DNA of 64,000 nt from Fimicolochytrium jonesii (GCF_025526975.1 NW_026515689.1:372001-436000); one strand, 5' to 3'. Counted from the stretch's first letter, positions 11,286 to 25,642 are shown. Program-made: numbers and translations. The notes: generated by a model not told the origin, from the sequence alone.

Positions 11286-11908
11286 ACTAGCGAGATATGC
11301 GGGATGGCATTCTCACTCCCAAGATGGAATGGAGCTCGTGGTAGATCGGTAGAACCTATCGCCCCTTGCCCAGTTCGCGCAGGACATCCCATCAGACTAC
11401 AGTAGACAATAACATTAAGTCAATAGTTTGGTATTGTGAATAGAAACGCGCACGATCTTGAATGATGATATTCATAATGCCTGTACGGGGATGTTCAGGA
11501 ATGGAGCCGACGTTCATGTGCAAGCTTTGTAAAGGAGCCCGCACCCCTTCAGCGATACAATGTAAGAGCTATCTCCGTCACGTTTGCAGTTGCTGGAGGA
11601 AAAAGGCCATTCCGCGTCCAGTGGGAGTTTCAACACATTCGACAGTACTGTTTGTAAGAGAAACCGACAAGCGGCCAAACGTCCCCAAGAAACAAAATGA
11701 TGATTAAATACACTATCTTAATGTGTGACTCGTGGAGATATGGCTGGTAAAATATACAGAGGGGTGTGGTTGCAGGGTTTGGCTTTGGGCTATGTGATTG
11801 TGACTAGTCAGGAATGGGTTCCTCTAAGCTTCAGGATGATGCTTTTTACAATTGGCGGAGCGGAGAGTTGTGCGCGGGTTAGACAACCTCGTGAGTCGTT
11901 GCCTTCTT

Positions 11909-14900
11909 TCATTCGATGACGTTCTTCTTCCATCCGGAGTTCGCTTCCGGGTCTCGGACGATCTGGAGTACAGTAATCAGGGGCGAAGCTCCGAATCTCA
12001 CAGTGACGAAAGCCTGGAATGCGCAATATACAGGCCGCCCTTACCTCAGATGTGGGCCAGTAGTGCAGACACAACTTGACGCTCAAGACACATGGAACAA
12101 GATCGAAGCTGATGCATTTGACACGGACGTATTCACCATCCTTCAGACCGCGCACGGCGTCGACGAAGTCATCGAGCGTGGTAACGCTCTGCCCGTTGAC
12201 GGCGACAATCCAGTGCGTGGTGGTAATGCCATACATGTATGCAGGACTTCCTTTGGATCGGCTTGAAACGTAGATCTTAGAAGGTAGACTTCGCGACTGC
12301 TGCAGACAAGCACGGTGGGGTTCGTGGAGAACCGCGCCTGCCCAGAAGACAACCCGCTTGACACCTTCGTTGTCGAATTCGGTTGTGGGAACCCTAATGC
12401 TCATCTCCGTCTTGTTCCGCAAAATGACCATATCAACTTCCTCGGGCCACTCTTCGGACAGCTCCAACTCTTGGACGCGTGTAACCACTTTGCCCGAAAC
12501 GCTGAGAATGACGTCCAGATCTTTGAGAACACGAGACGTGGCGCTCTCATTTTCCGTACGACGAATGAGGAACAGCTGACGCCTCTCCTTGTTCGCTTCC
12601 TGGACTCGGTGGACCCATTCGTCACTCAAACCCATATGCCGTGCTTGCGACATTTGCACAGGCGTCACTTCGATGGCCAGTCCACGAAGACGGGGAACAC
12701 CACCGGCCTGTAGCTTTCGAAGGATGGGGATGACAGAGTTGATGTCGAAGCCGAGATGATACTCCTGGTCATGTCCCGACGTTGTATGCTCGCCAAGGAA
12801 GCTCAACCAGATTCCCTGCACCTTTCCTTTCGAGTCCGCCAAAACTCCAGCAGAACATTGCTGAGCCAAGGGTGTGTCCAACGTTATGGCATCGAAGTTG
12901 ATGGCTCTGAAACGCGGGGTGCCGGAATAAGGAATCGTCACAGCTGTTATGTCCGTGACTGTCGTCTCAACGCCGACGGGCCTCTGATTGTGATTCAGTG
13001 CGATGAGAGTGACGCGATGCCCTTGGCCAAGCTTGACGTCACTGACAGGGGCACTCTTAACAGGTGTTGCGCCAAGAAGGCTGGGATCGTACTGAATGAT
13101 GGCGAAATTGTTGATGGGGTGGAGGAAAATGGCTTTTCCGGGAATGATGATGGAGTCCGCAAATGTGAGCATAATGTCCCCCAAAGTGTATGGGACGACG
13201 CTACGACCAACAACAACAAGTCCTTTCTCGGCATCTAGCACAAGACCAGCCCCCATTTTCTACACGAATGAAGGACAGTTAAGAGCCGACCTTACAAGAG
13301 CCAGTGCAGAGCGCACAACTTACCCTGGACTTCGGGAACCCCTCAATACGACACGGAATGTAGATGCTGACCTTTACCTGCAAGAATATAAGAAGGATCA
13401 GGGAGTTTGTCTATACGCTCGGTTTGATGCTGCAGAACTTACCAATGAATGGAACAGAGTTGCGGATACTCCGAGGCTCTGGTCGAGAGTGGCAAACGTA
13501 GCGGTAATGGGTTTCCAGACTTTGGGAGCTGGCCCCTCCGGCAGTTTAGTGTAATCCCAGAAACCGGTTTTATCATTTCTGACTGCAAGTCTGAAGCCGC
13601 TCCAGTGTCTCTCAGCGTCAACGATCGCCACACTCTTAGTGTGGACATCCAGAATAGAGTAGTACTCCACAGGAATGCGCTCGCGATCTGGGATGTTTTT
13701 GAATGCTTCAATGAAGGCGTCCAAGTTCGGTGTCGGCCTCGTGTCGATTGAACTGATGATCCACCCTTGGTCGGCTCCGTCTAACCGGAACATGCCGGAT
13801 GGCTCCGCCACATAGACACCCTCCACCGGAACACAAAATTGACGCGCCAGCTGGTACGAGACATCGTTTAGCTTAGCTCCCCCAACTTCGAGATACCGAT
13901 CTGGGGTGCTGGATGGTGCGGAAATCACGAGTAAGAGGCATTTCGACCACCATAGGCATCCCCGCAATGCTGGCTTACATGGTATGCAGATCCTGCACCG
14001 TGATAGTAAACTCCATGTCTACACCGCCACGCTGAATGACAACTGTGATCGCCTTCCCAACACTGTCATCGAGAATGGACTCCAGAGGCACAAACTTGGT
14101 AATATGTACGCCGTTTACACTGAGGAGTATATCTCCTTCCTCCAATACTGCCGACGCTGGGCCCTTGGGGACCACCGTTTCCGCCACAAGCATTCCAACC
14201 TCCTTCGGGAAGGTTTTGCGCACGAATGCTTCTGTTTCCTGTTTCAATCCTAGCCGCCGAACTTCATCGAATGGTCGGTGCCTGCGCTAAGAGTCAATGG
14301 TGTCCAAGGGATCTGGGGACACCGCCTCTACAACTTACATGAATTGCGTTTGGATAGTACCCCTTGGAACTGCTCTCCCTTCCTGGATGAATTTCAAGGC
14401 GCGCGCCACCCCTGTATGAAAGATCTCACCAGTTCAGCAAAAAGAGAATACACCAAATCTTCCCTGCTCATACGCCAACATACGATCTAATGGGAAGAAG
14501 AAGTCGGTGGCGGCCCGCATATGACCGCCCGCTTGCAAAGCCACTGCTTTGCCCTCAATATTCAGCACAGGCGACCCCGAAGACCCTCCACTAGTGCTAG
14601 ACGCAGCTTGGAGATAGAAGGTATTGAAGTCGTTGTACGTCATTTCTCCGTATTCTGGCGCATTTCGGTCCAGTCGCGATATCGATCCAGCCAAAATGCT
14701 GAGTTTCTCTCCAGCGTCATTTCCAACCACTCGGATGTCCAGACCGACCCGCGCTAAATGCGGAGCTAGTTCGACTTCCCGGACTTGCATGTACCGAATT
14801 TTCCTTGGGTCAAATTTGAGGATTCCGAAATCATGCACTGGGTCCCTGTACACTGGAAACACGTCCACCTCCTCATGATCATGGAACACAGCTTCACCAA

Positions 14901-15364
14901 AGAAGGGACCTGCACAAGCGACGTGTCTGTTCGTTAAGATCAACCCTCTTGTCGCATCGACCACGAACCCGGAAGCTATATGAGCAGAGAATAAGAGGTC
15001 TCAAGTAAGTACCGCGCAACCATTCCTGTATCAGCTGTGAGAGTATATGCTTACCCTCGGAGCTATCTGTCCCGTCAGTGTCAAAAGAAGCGACCTGGGA
15101 AAATCGAATACTGACAATGGATAGGATGGATTGCTCGATCGTCTGCTGCCATTGCGGGGCGTGCTGAGGAATGACGTCGATTTCTGATCCATTCGTAGCT
15201 GGTAGGGCGCCATTTTCCGGGCGCTTGTTGAAGGAGTTGGCCGGGATGCCGTCTGATCTGCTGCGTTTCCGCTTATGCGGGTACCCACTTTCGGGGAGAG
15301 GCGGTGCGAGGTCGGCCATGACCTCGGGGACCAACTCAGAAGGCACCGGAGAGTCTACGTCCAT
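11909..15364 (-). CDS. NMA111: Pro-apoptotic HtrA-like serine protease Nma111 (multi-exon)
   Basis: [66 protein letters not shown], followed by PDZ repeats and a second inactive protease domain. Confidence 0.95.
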
Positions 15365-15658
15365 GGCTAGCGGGTTAACGTTGAGGGACTTGGCGTGTTA
15401 TCGTTTCCTACGTTGGGATCGAATTCGTAGTAGTGCAAGGCAGTCGACGTGAAACTGGGACGAGGATCTGTGAATTTCGAAGTCGCTGCTGTCAAAGCGG
15501 AAGGGTCTCGATTAGGCTCATCCCCGTGAGTCACGTGATTGGACCAGCTGCCCTCAAGAGTTTTCTTCCCCTCGTCCCTCTCGAAGACCGAAATCCTCTA
15601 CCAAAAAGTCCAATCTCACAGGCACCCATAGCACGAGCGGACTCTCAAAGCAGGCACG

Positions 15659-16674
15659 ATGGCTGAACAGGTAGGCACTCTTCTTAGTCTGCCTTGGGTT
15701 TGACCGTATTTGCGGAGATAGGTCAGATACGTCGGGCATAGAGGAGCGAGGGAGACGGCGAATTCGACGAAAAGCAGAAAGAGGACAACAAGAGCCGGGA
15801 AGTGTGTGGGGAAGCGGGACTTCGTAACGGGTAGAGTAGGCTGGGACTAGTAGAAGGTGTCTCTAGGTATGAGGAGTGGAAAGGCTTGCTACTTTGACCC
15901 ACTGCGGCGACCCTGTTCGAAATGTCTTGACTGAGGCTTGGGGGTGATATCCTAGAACGAAGGGTCGCAGTGTGGGGATACTAGCAATCTGTCTACATAC
16001 CTCTAGGGAAAGACTCTCTTCAAGTTGGCAAAACCAAGATCTCAAAGGAATCGCTGAGAAGGGTTACAATAGGCATTGCAACATAGCGCATTGCTGACCC
16101 TACTCCGTTCCTTTTTCGACCAACCCACAAACAATAGACGCAAAAGGCCTTCCAGACCCAAGTGGGTATCTTCCAGAACCCCAAGCTTGGCGGTAAGAAG
16201 AAGACCACCGTCAAGAGGTGGTACAAGGAAGTCGGTCTCGGCTTCAAGACCCCTCGTGAAGCCATCGAAGGCCACTACATCGACAAGAAGTGCCCCTTCA
16301 CCTCCGACAAGGTCTCCATCCGTGGTCGTATCTTGTCCGGAGTCGTCATCTCCGTGGGAAAGATGGAGCGCACCATCGTTATTCGTCGTGAATACCTGCA
16401 CTACATCTCCAAGTACAACCGTTACGAGAAGCGTCACAAGAACTTGGCCGCTCACATGTCGCCCGCCTTCATCGGTGTCGAAGTTGGTGATGTCGTGACC
16501 GTTGGCCAGTGCAGGTAAGCTGAACTGTTTTTTGAGTGTGGTTCCCACGTTTCTCTTTCCTTTGCTGATCATGATTTTTGTTCACTTAGGCCGTTGTCCA
16601 AGACCGTCCGCTTCAACGTTTTGCGTGTGCAGAAGAAGGTCATCAAGGGTGCCAAGTCTTTCGCCAAGTTCTAA
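15659..16674 (+). CDS. RPS11: 40S ribosomal protein S11 (uS17)
   Basis: Exon 1 MAEQ (15659-15670), intron 15671-16137, TQKAFQ...[29 protein letters not shown]...RYEKRHKN...[15 protein letters not shown]...KF*. Confidence 0.96.
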
Positions 16675-17061
16675 GCTTGCCGTAGGGAATCCTCGAACTG
16701 TGACGTCTCTACACAAAATATAACATTGAACACATGATTCCTTTGTCGCTTAAAGCCTGACTGCGAAATGTGGGAGCTCGCTTTGGGCCGCAGACCCCCC
16801 GGATGGTAGCTGATGTATGCCAAATGCCCACGGCCATGACGTGGAAAACTACGTATCGCTTGCCAACGCGAAACTCGTGGTTATGTTCATTATATGTGTG
16901 TGCACTGTCTATTTTACATACATGTTTTACAGTTGTCCCGTTATGATAACTCCAGAATTATCAAAAAAACATTCGCAGTACCTGCATGTACAAATCCTTC
17001 ATCAACTCCATCCCACTACACCTTCGCCGCGTACAATAGTATCTACACCAGTCGACACATC

Positions 17062-18491
17062 TCAATCCTTGGGATCATCGATTCCATTTTCGCCGATGGA
17101 GAACATGGCTTCTGCCTCCGGCAGATTGGGCGAATCATAGATTTTGCATATACGGTTCTCGGCCCTTCCTTTCCGCAAATATAGCCTGCGAACAGATGTG
17201 TGAGCAGATGGTAGGGAAGACCTCCCGCTTTTGCTTTCGAACAGAACGTACCGAGTTGTTGAGGCATGCGCCATGATGTTCCCGCCTATGGGCTTCTTGG
17301 GATCGGTGTTGAACATTGCAGCGCCATCCACTTGAGCCACAACTTGATTTGTGATCACCACGGCAACTCCGAACTAAGATTGCAGAGACACGCATCTGTT
17401 GAGAACCGAGGGCCACAGCATCGAATCGTCACATCATCATACACACCTCATCCGCCATTCTCATCAACAACCGCAGGAATTGCGCGAGATGCATTTGTCG
17501 CGCTGACAATTCCCCACGTCCGGAAAAGTCCGTCCTGTACAATGCAGTTGCACTGTCGACTATCAAAAGGCTGTAACGCGTCTCGGCCATCATGGCGGCT
17601 GCTTGTATCAGCAGTTGCTTCTGATGGTCGGTGTGATGTGCGCGTGCGTATGCGACGTTGTCGAGTACCTCTTCCCCGTTGAGTCCAAATCTGGTCGGGA
17701 ATGCGTTAGAACACGGAAAGCCACCCTCCAGAGTCAAATCAGCGTGCTGTCCCCTATCCTAGTACCTTTCTGCCACAGACAGCAACCGCTCCGGCCGGAA
17801 TGTACCCTCCGTGTCAATATATAGGCATTTCCCCTCCCCTCCACCCATAGATGTCGGTAGCTGACATATTACCGCGAGCGTGTGACAGAGTTGCGTTTTC
17901 CCTGTTCTAAATTCGCCAAAGATTTCTGTGATGCTGCCTGTTTCGATACCACCTATAGACGATGGCATGACGTTCATATCTGCGGTAGGTGTGAGACGTT
18001 GACGCGAACACTTGACCCACCTCCAAGCAATTTGTCCAATTCTTTCGATCCTGTTTGAATCATGATGACCTCATTGCGCCGTTGGTAGAACTCCGTTGCA
18101 GTGGTGAAGTGCATTGGTACAAGCTTCGTCGCTACATCAATCCAAAGTGAGCACATGCGCTCAATGTGACCACCTGTTCTAGAACTTCGTACCTTCAGCG
18201 AGAATTTTGTCCGCTTTGGCCTCGGAGATGCCTTTGATCAGCAGCAGTGCCTTCTTTGGCGTGAAAGCAATGCTTTCAACCGTGTGGAAGCCGGCCCCGG
18301 CTAGTTTCGAAATATCTCCGGACGATATTCCAAATTCCTGGCAGAGGCTCCCAAGTTGATGATGCGCCGTGTTTCCTCTGACAACCTAGTGCAACCATTA
18401 CCTCGAGCTTATGCACTCTCATAGGCATATTCTGATCTTGTTCCTCCTCCTCCAGGCCCGCCTGCTCCTCCTGATACCCTGGGGTTGCCAT
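17062..18491 (-). CDS. RAD51: DNA repair recombinase Rad51 (multi-exon)
   Basis: [92 protein letters not shown]. Confidence 0.96.
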
Positions 18492-18915
18492 TTTGTAGTG
18501 GTGTTTTTCCGTTCTCGCCTTAACGAGATGCTTTCCACTTCACGCGCACCGCCTGATAATGCCAAGCCGTGTTTTGCTGGTGATATAGAGGGGTAAGAAC
18601 CACAATGCTCCTTTGGTGCCAGAACGTATTTTCAACCACCGCTCGAACGATGCCTGAGTTGCACTTTTTCCCACCACGAAGGCCTTATGGCTGATCTCGG
18701 CAGGTGGCTGTGAAGGCACTAACCTGGTCGTGCGTTGATGTCCGATATGCTTCATAATTCGGACACGCTTATGTCATCCTCAGCGGAGTTCAATTGCTGT
18801 CGACGGCAAGATGAGAAAGGGAATCTCCAACCGGAGCGCAAAAGCTTTTGCGTTCACCCTGGAACTTCAGCATTCCGCTCAACATCGCTTCTAACAGAGA
18901 CACAACGCAAGCACA

Positions 18916-20228
18916 ATGCGTGGAGAGAGACAGGCAGTTCGAGTGGATCCCCATCCACTCACGCTGACGAGACCGTCATCCGCTCCAGCAAGCCCGCCCA
19001 AGCGCATCGTCCACGGCGTACCGAACTCGAAAGAACCAGCTTTACATGAGGCATCGCGAGCAGCAGAGGCCTCACACCACCATCAGCTGTCAACGTCTCC
19101 GCGCAGAACCCCGCAATCACGTCCGACGAGCGCAGCACATCGCGGTCTCAGCCCACCCCTCCAAAGCACCATTTCATCAATATTGACGAATGAACTGCCA
19201 AAGAAGCTACCCCCCGCGACGCCCGGGACACTACACCGGAGATACAGTCCGGTATATAAGTGTGCTAATCGCCTTCTGGCAAAACGATGGGATGATACAG
19301 CAAATCGGCGCCATCGTGAAAAGATTGCGAGTATGAAGCCCGCGATTGACAACAAACCTCCCCAAAAATGTTCACATTTGGACATGAGGTTGAAAAAGAT
19401 GAGACAGGAGCAAGGTATGCACATGTTATGCAAGGGTTCTGACCTGAGGGAATGAATGAATTGCCAAGTCTCCCGAATAAGTCCTAAAACATCTTAAATG
19501 AAACTCTCAATGGTAGAACGAGCGAACCGCATCCAGGAGGAAAATCTCATTCTACTTAACCGCATGGCCCGACAGATGCAAGCACCGCGAGGATTCTCAA
19601 ACGTGGACTCGAAATTTCAGGTCAAACCTATGGTTCAGAAACCATCTCCAAGCTCATATGCTAAACGACGACAAATCGAGGAGTTACAGGAAGCGAACGA
19701 GGTACGTAACTAAGCGGAACAGAGCCTGCATCAAACCTTTCAATTCATTCCCCAGTCCTCGCTTCCTGCGTGGAAATCAATAACCCCTCACGCGCTCAGG
19801 TGCTTCACCGCAGACTCGCAAGCAGCCACCCCGTCTACAGCCGCGAAGCTTGGCACGAGGATCGGCGGAGGAACCTTATCTACTTCGCAAACACGACCAA
19901 ATACCCGGAAACATATGCCCAAGAATTCGAGAAGGAAGGACTTCTCTCGTCGCCTCTGGTTGCTAGGGTGGTACGGTCACAGCCGCCCACGAGAGCACAA
20001 ACACCGCATATAGAGCGGGATGGGGCATTCAGGCATCCTGAGGAGGAGGAGGAGGATGAAGACAGCGGTGATGACGAGAAGACACCGGGAATTGCATCCG
20101 TAGGTGACCGGAAAGGCAATGAAGTCGCGGGACGACATGAGGATATTGATGCTGATGGGGGCAGTCGATCTGGATCGAATGCCGAAGAAGCACCTTTCGG
20201 TGACAGTGGCCAAACTCTGCCAGAATGA
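18916..20228 (+). CDS. CFAP97/hemingway (KIAA1430) domain flagellar protein (multi-exon)
   Basis: CANRLLAKRWD...HREKIASMKPAIDNKPP...HLDMRLKKMRQEQ|ERANRIQEENLILLNRM...LHRRLASSHPVYSREAWHED. Confidence 0.8.
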
Positions 20229-20464
20229 GGCATCTCGAGTTCTTCTCTTCCGTTATGTAGAAATTCCCTTTCAAAATTGTACTATTCGGGTCGCCTGGAT
20301 TTGACTTGCACATAATGATTGTGGGTTACTATCTATTTGCAATGTTAAGGCGGAATTCCGCCGGAATGTCTATGTTAAACATAAGCCGTATATCGTTGAA
20401 CGCGGCAGGGATTACTGCTGTGGTTGATGGGATGTTACACTTGCATTCGAACATGTGTTGGGAA

Positions 20465-22221
20465 TCAAGCCTTCTCCATCAATGGATCATCTTGAAATGG
20501 ATAAGGAACCTCCACTCCCTCCTGCGTTATCGCCATTACTTTGTACACCGTGCCCATCTGTGATGGACTCACCAGTCGGTCGAAGGCTGTAGCCAGTTCC
20601 TTTCTCGTTTTCGCGTCTGCGTTCTGAAGCAACATGTTCATTCGCGGTGCAATACCCATCGCTCTCAGGAACGTTGACTGTGTGATTGGTCCATGTGCGG
20701 CAGCTGGTGGGCTAAGGTGAGACACGTTTCCTCGGACAATGACACCTTATGGTTACTCACCAATGCCATGGGTAGACTCTCGCAGGAAAGAGAAGTCCAC
20801 ATCCGCACTCAGATCTGCCTCCCCGGGCTTACTCAGCACATCGGTGAACTTATGATTTCGAATACCCTAGATCTTCGAGTGTGAGAAACACGACCATCAG
20901 ACGTAGCAAACTGACGAAATACACACTAACCCGTAAACTATCTCCCACTGTGTAGTTGCGGCCGTAGTCGACAAACAACGCGCCACCACCATTCTTCTGT
21001 ATTCTTCGCGCTATCCGATTTGACACGGCATAAGAATCCGGGGAGACTTCCACCCGGTCATCTTCTTTGAAGTTCTTCTGAAACTTCTCGTATTGCATAA
21101 TGATCGCGGACGGTTTCGTTGGCCCGTCGGCTAATGTGAAGCAAAAATGATATTGGCTACAAGATCAAGTCAACACGTGTCCTAGGAAGTCCAAGGTCGC
21201 TGAGATTGTGAACGTGAGCTCACCTGTCCGGGGACTTGTCCAAACCGACGACAATCTCACGCCATCCATCTTTCGTCAACTATGCGACCAATGTCAGCAT
21301 CTGTGAGAGACATCGGATACATTACTTGAGCATAGTTACCTTGAACTTGAAGATAGGCATGGCATCGAAGAATTCGTGGGCAACAAACATCGTGCACATT
21401 CCTAATGTCATACTCGCATGAGCTGCAATGTCAGTTTGCGCGGATCCGTGAGATGCAGTACCTTCAGGAACTGTCTCCAAACTTTCGTGCCAATGCACCG
21501 TTATATCATCATCACGCCGGATTGACGCTGTCGATTTGTCCAAGGTAGCATTTGGGGCAAGCTTTTGCGCTTGTACCTCCTGCAACCCAGGACTCGCGTC
21601 AACCATGTGGACCCCATGGATGGCTGATTTCACATCGGGAAAGTGCCCTAATGCCTGTCATGCATCGACGATCAGCTTGCGAAGCCTTCCTTGGACAAAG
21701 AGAACATTTTTCATTCACCCCAAGCATATCAGCCATCAGAGTTCCACGGCCCGGACCCATCTCTACAATTTGTATGTCCTTCGGCGACCCCAGTTGCTTC
21801 CATAATGTGATGAACCATATGCCGACTAACTGAAGTCAACGCAAATCAGCCTCCTTCCCTTTGTGTCTCTCGTTCAAAGAAATCGAAAACTTTTGTCCAG
21901 CTGCTTCTCAGGACGCACCTCCCCAAAAACTTGACTAATCTCCGGAGAAGTCGTAAAATCACCCGCAATGCCAAAAACGTCGCCCTTCATATAGTAACCC
22001 CCCAGCGGGTGCGTCAAGGCAGATCTCATGAACTCCGCCACAGATATTGGCCCTTTGAACTTGATCTCCTCGCAAAGATGCTTCATGAGTGGTGTCAATT
22101 CTTCTTTCGTCCTCGCGACTTCGGAGCTGAATGTTCGCCGGCTAAATCGTAGCACACTGTTGCGCTGAGGTGGCAGTAGGCACCGCGCTGAGCGAAGGCA
22201 ACGAACTGATAGGGCTGTCAT
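20465..22221 (-). CDS. NDUFAF7: Mitochondrial protein arginine methyltransferase NDUFAF7/MidA (multi-exon)
   Basis: GPISVAEFMRSALTHPLGGYY, GDFTTSPEISQVFGE, VEMGPGRGTL, AHEFFDAMPI, GGALFVDYG, PGEADLSADVDF, QMGTVYKV. Confidence 0.92.
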
Positions 22222-22425
22222 CGTCCTAGACAGACCTGGCAGGTGGACTGTATTTGTCGAAGCGGCGTTCAAAGTGGAGCCGGTGGGGCGAATTCCGATT
22301 TCTGCTGGTCTCAAAACTTACAACGTCGCAAAACGCGCATCGGAGTCGCCGGGGGCAGGAAAAATTCGGAAAGTGGTGACGAGTGGACCATGTATTTACA
22401 TCCCCAAGAAAACCCACCACCCACA

Positions 22426-22937
22426 ATGACGCTAAACCTCACTCTCCAATTCAGGTGCAGACCTCGCCCCCATACCATCGCTCGCCCTGTTTGTCAAACC
22501 TCTGCCACGCCTAACCTCGTTTTGTCACCTTCGCAGCGGAGGCATGGAACTCCTCTTCTCCAATCAAAAAGAGCTCGCCCTCCAAACCACACCCTCCGAC
22601 CTGCTTGCCCACTACGCCAAATCCAATCCGTCAGAGTCAACTTCAACCTCGGAAGCAGAACTCCGCCATCTCCTCCCTTACATCCGCGACACGCTGCTGA
22701 CCGAACGGGCCGAGCTGTTCATGCAGGGTGATACCGTGTATGTACCCCGAAAACAAACCTCCGTTATCATGCTTGGGGGGCGACGGTAAAACTCATATAC
22801 CGGATACTGCTTTTCTTAGACGACCGGGAATCTTGGTGTTGATAAATGATGCGGACTGGGAACTGGAGGGGGAGTTGGATTATGTCTTGAGAGACGGGGA
22901 TGTGATTGTTTTCATTTCGACGCTGCATGGGGGGTGA
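22426..22937 (+). CDS. URM1: Ubiquitin-related modifier 1
   Basis: [17 protein letters not shown]...ERAELF...[23 protein letters not shown]...FISTLHGG*. Confidence 0.95.
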
Positions 22938-23552
22938 TGAAGTTCGCTGGGTCGAAAACAGGGACGATGGCTTCGGGGGAAGGGGGAGGAAGGGGAGCAG
23001 GTGGTTGGAGCGGCTTCGGGAAAATGAAAATCTGGAGCGGAGGCCCATAGGTTGCCGGAAAGAGCACACGGCGGGCAATATGGGACACAGCGGCTACGAG
23101 ACATACCGATGGTCAATGGCCAGCCTCTCAGGCGCATCAAGCAATGCCGGAAACGTATGAGCGGTCACCAAAACGTCTGGCGGCGCGATGCCAGCGGGTC
23201 GGCATTCCGGATCGTCCTTCGAAGACATTGTAGATGTGTGAGCATAAGCACGCGTACTGGGGCGTTCTGGCGGTGAAGCTCTCAGATGAGAAATGTGGGG
23301 AGGGCTATGAGGGGAGGTGTACTTGACGGGGAGTGGTAATGCACAACTGCTGAGGCACGGGTATATGCGGGGTATATGCGGGAATCTGCCTGCAGACCCC
23401 CGTTTTCCAACCTGCTAACTCGTAAACCCGGCAAAAGTCAAACACTCATTTGGGATAGGTGTATCGCAGCGGTTTAGCCTGATAGGTCGATGAACAGCGA
23501 GTATTATCTGGGTAATATATATGTACATGAGTCGTCGGACCCATCACTCGTC

Positions 23553-23933
23553 CTATGTCTTCCGCCGGGTGAGATGGTCATATATGACAACCTGGATATG
23601 CTCATCCGTCACAATATGTGTTCTGGTTGTATTATCCCCCGGTTTCGGTTCCTAAACCCCTCAAAGGGAAATCAGTTCACCGGCCAACCCATACCACCAC
23701 CCAAAAGATATGGCCTAAAACATCCCTACCTTCGGATTGACATTAAATATCTTCCGATCTCGCTTATTTTTGAACAGTATCCCGCTCTCATTGTCCGCAA
23801 TCACCTGGAAATTGGGCGTCGCGTTGCTGGTGCATGTCTGCGTCTCCCAGTTATAGAAGCTCATGTCCGTCGTGCGTGGCATCAATGCCCGTGTGCGGAG
23901 GAAGTAGGCCGGGGGCGGATACTGAACGACCAT
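23553..23933 (-). CDS. CFAP299: CFAP299 (C4orf22/DUF4464)-like, C-terminal half only
   Basis: LMPRTTDMSFYNWETQ...NFQVIADNESGILFKNKRDRKIFNVNPK|...PGDNTTRT...VVIYDHLTRRKT*; no room for the N-terminal half before the WDR89 stop. Confidence 0.75.
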
Positions 23934-24030
23934 GGACTCGCTGGATCCGGACACGCATATTGTACAAACCTCTAATTTGCACCCTATCGAGCTACCTATA
24001 CTGCACTACTTGATAAATTATATGAAGGGT

Positions 24031-25362
24031 CTACGAATTCTGCCATAAAGAAACGATCCCGTCTTCGCCGCCTGACACGAGGCTTCCTCGCTAGAAGTGA
24101 CGAATGTCAGCTTTGGTCCATAGGGGCTAATATGGACGACTTTTCTTCCATTTACCTGCAGGTCCCAATGCACGCCCCGAACGATATCTGTGTGGCCCCC
24201 GTTGATGGTGTGAACCAGTTCTAGCCGGCCGAGGTTGACGTGGAGGACACCCATGTTTCCGCTGGACAGTCAGGGAGTCAGCATGTCAGTCAGGCCCGAC
24301 ATCATCCGAAGTGTGCACGCAACAGACAAACCTCTGATCCCCAGTCACCAAAAACATACGCTGACCAGCAGCGTCATAGACACAGTCAATCAGGTAGTCC
24401 ACCTTCATTTGCTGAGCCTCACTATCCGCCCTCACATCCCCAAACGAAAAGACCTTGTCGCCTTCCAGGAACTTGTATAGCGAGAATGTCTCCATATGAC
24501 TGAGGCAATAAATATACTCGTATGCCGGTCCGAAGAATCCGATCTTGCTAATGGAGTCCTCCTTGATGACCTGATACAGTGCATCGTCTTCCTCTAATGT
24601 CGCAAGGTTGTAAAGGCAGATCAGTCCATCCGTGGATCCGGATATCATGGCATTCGGGTCGCTCGGGTGGAAGCTGTCAGATAGAGTGTTGCAGATATGA
24701 GACAAGTTCGTCCTACGAGAGGCAATAGCGATGGAACATTACCGAAGCTGAGTGATATCGTCAGAGTGACACTCCATGAAGGTGGTGGCAGGAGTTGGAT
24801 GAGCTCTGATGTCCCTGCATGTGCACCAGAGATTAGATAGATCTCATCATACGGCCTTGGCGAAGATTGCCTTCTCACCATATTGGAATCATAGCATCCT
24901 CTCCAACCAGCTCAGTCCCAGCAGCAAGAAGCGTACGTGTACTATTGACTGCCAGACATAGGACAGGAGCCCTGGCTGAAATCATGTACGACTGCTCAGC
25001 ATTGCTTGAAGGCTCCTTTTGCAGGGAAAGATCACCCTACCATCCAGTGTAAGACCCGCCTCGCCGCTCCTTAGATCCCATAGCTTGATATGCCCAGATT
25101 TTGATCCCGACCATAACAGCGACGGATTTGCGGTGTCAAACGCAACCTCAGAGAGCACGTCTCGACTGGAACCGTCCGTTACGTTCAAGGTATTGACCCC
25201 CTCCAAAGTCCCAGCGTCGAACACATGCACCGCTCCCGAAGACGTCGGCGCTACTAGATTCCCTCCGTGTGGCGACACCTGGACGTCCAGTATGTACCCC
25301 GTCGACTCGAGGTTATGAGACGTCGCAAGACGGAAGGGGGTGTATGGAGTGGTTGCCGTCAT
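24031..25362 (-). CDS. WD40 repeat protein, WDR89-like (multi-exon)
   Basis: IKLWDLRSG, ECHSDDITQL, FHPSDPNAMISGSTDGLICLYN, LSHMETFSLY, GHTDIVR, SGGEDG. Confidence 0.85.
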
Positions 25363-25642
25363 GGTGAACTGTGCCCGGAATGGAAGCTGATTAGAGAAGG
25401 TTCAGGTAACGAAATCCTGTCTCCGCCCTACCGATATCTCCAGCTCTCCACCCCATAACTCTGACGAAGGGTCGACCGACTAGATCACAGGGCCCTGTGT
25501 CAACTCACCTTAACGCCGCCTGGTCGTTGAACTGGAATTTGCCACCCAGACCAACGCGTTCCTTGGTCGCAATTTGCTTGCACTTCTCTCGGTAAAGTCC
25601 AGCGTTAGGCCATCCGATCGCACAACCAATAAACAGCAAACT

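Noticed and set aside
17062..18491. Functional link between RAD51 and the Fanzor locus
   Set aside because: 9 kb apart with unrelated housekeeping genes between; no evidence of clustering.
23358..23382. Tandem GGGTATATGCG duplication
   Set aside because: Only two copies; no supportable function or element boundaries.
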